Below, one piece after another: positions 62,901 to 64,000 of a stretch of 64,000 nucleotides of DNA. This DNA is from Ophelia neglecta (taxonomy: Eukaryota): positions 54,188,001-54,252,000 of the forward strand of contig OZ260667.1 in NCBI GenBank assembly GCA_965285935.1. Reading direction: 5' to 3'. The position numbers and the translations under genes are program-made. The stretch's first letter is position 1, and each line of letters opens with the position of its first letter. Below the pieces are notes generated by a model. That model did not search any database. It had not been told where the DNA came from and saw only the letters and a program-made list of their open reading frames with translations.

Positions 62901-64000
62901 TGACATTTTGGTTTACTTGTTTATGAAATAATGCCGGTTAATTTCATAAGCACCCTGTGCGGTTTTACAAAGTATATGGTATGTGCCTTATACATAGTAG
63001 TACAGCTATAGTTAGTAAGAATATGGTATTTGTTCTATACTTAGTAGTGCGGTTATATTTAGTTATTTACACAGACTATTTAATTGTGGTGCTAATGTCT
63101 GACTGTACTGGACTATTGAGTTCAGAAATTTTTGTGTATTCATTGTTTTGCTATACTGCCTAGTGTCATTCATTCTCTTTTGTCGCGTAGTAGATGCGTA
63201 GCCAATGCAATAGTTACATTTAACTGAAATTCACCTCATTAATATCTATTTATACACTTGAGATATATATTGCGAATTGACATAAATACTTGTGAATATT
63301 GAAACACTATGTTACAGGCCTTGGCGTCCTTTCTGTGAGACATGCTTAAAATTTCAGTTGGAAAATGCAGCTTAAATTCTTTGGAAAATGTTGGGAAACT
63401 AGTTTGATTCTGTAAAGAGACTTTGCCTCACTTGTGACACATTGGAAAAGAGATAATAAAGAAAAAAACATACACATATTAGTTTTATTAATCTATAAAC
63501 TGCCAGTTGATTCTGATCGCAATGCAGGGCGATACAATTTTGATGAAAAAAAACTAAAGCAGAACTGATTTAGCTTTCTTAAAATGTATTCAGTAAATTA
63601 AGATTTTATTATCTCAATGGTATGTGAAGACTTTAAACTTAGGCCTAAGTCCTAAAATGCATAAAAAGTAATGCCATTGCTCTTAAATGGGGGATGTTGA
63701 GGGACAATGAAGTTTCTCCTCCCTTACAATGAAGTTTCTCCTCTCCTACGATTTGTTCCTTTCTTCTTCTAATTACTGGGTAAGTTATGTCTCTCAAAAA
63801 TGAAAAATGTTGTGTAGTATATTTATTTTATATTTACTAGCCTAAGCCACACGTGCGATGTAGATAAATCAGTCTGGTGTCTGGAACGTGACACGTCAAA
63901 GATTTAATTTCGATATAACATAAATTCCAGATACCCTTGATACCATTTTCCCTATAGTTAAGTCGCGTAATGAGACACGATCTAAAACAAACCCAAGTTC

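Overview
AT-rich metazoan genomic DNA, most likely molluscan (inferred from a MESC/Meta-core SINE). Most entries in the ORF track are noise. Manual splice reconstruction gives: (1) a head-to-tail array of four intact 10-exon tetraspanin paralogues on + (4519-11172, 15200-21645, 33941-39130, 42428-48165) with identical intron phases; (2) a full-length, very young BEL/Pao LTR retrotransposon between paralogues 2 and 3 (22318-30420, 421-bp LTRs with no difference seen, TTAGG TSD, intact 2072-aa polyprotein); (3) a 3-exon clan-2 cytochrome P450 on - (51098-54844); (4) a 2-exon gene for a stand-alone NHR (neuralized-repeat) protein (59756-61080); plus LINE, SINE and MITE remnants. Top finding: the BEL element has no tRNA-type (TGG) primer-binding site. 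The 14 nt directly after its 5' LTR are instead the exact reverse complement of the exon-exon junction formed by removing a 100-nt GT-AG intron inside the LTR, which suggests splicing-dependent self-priming of reverse transcription.
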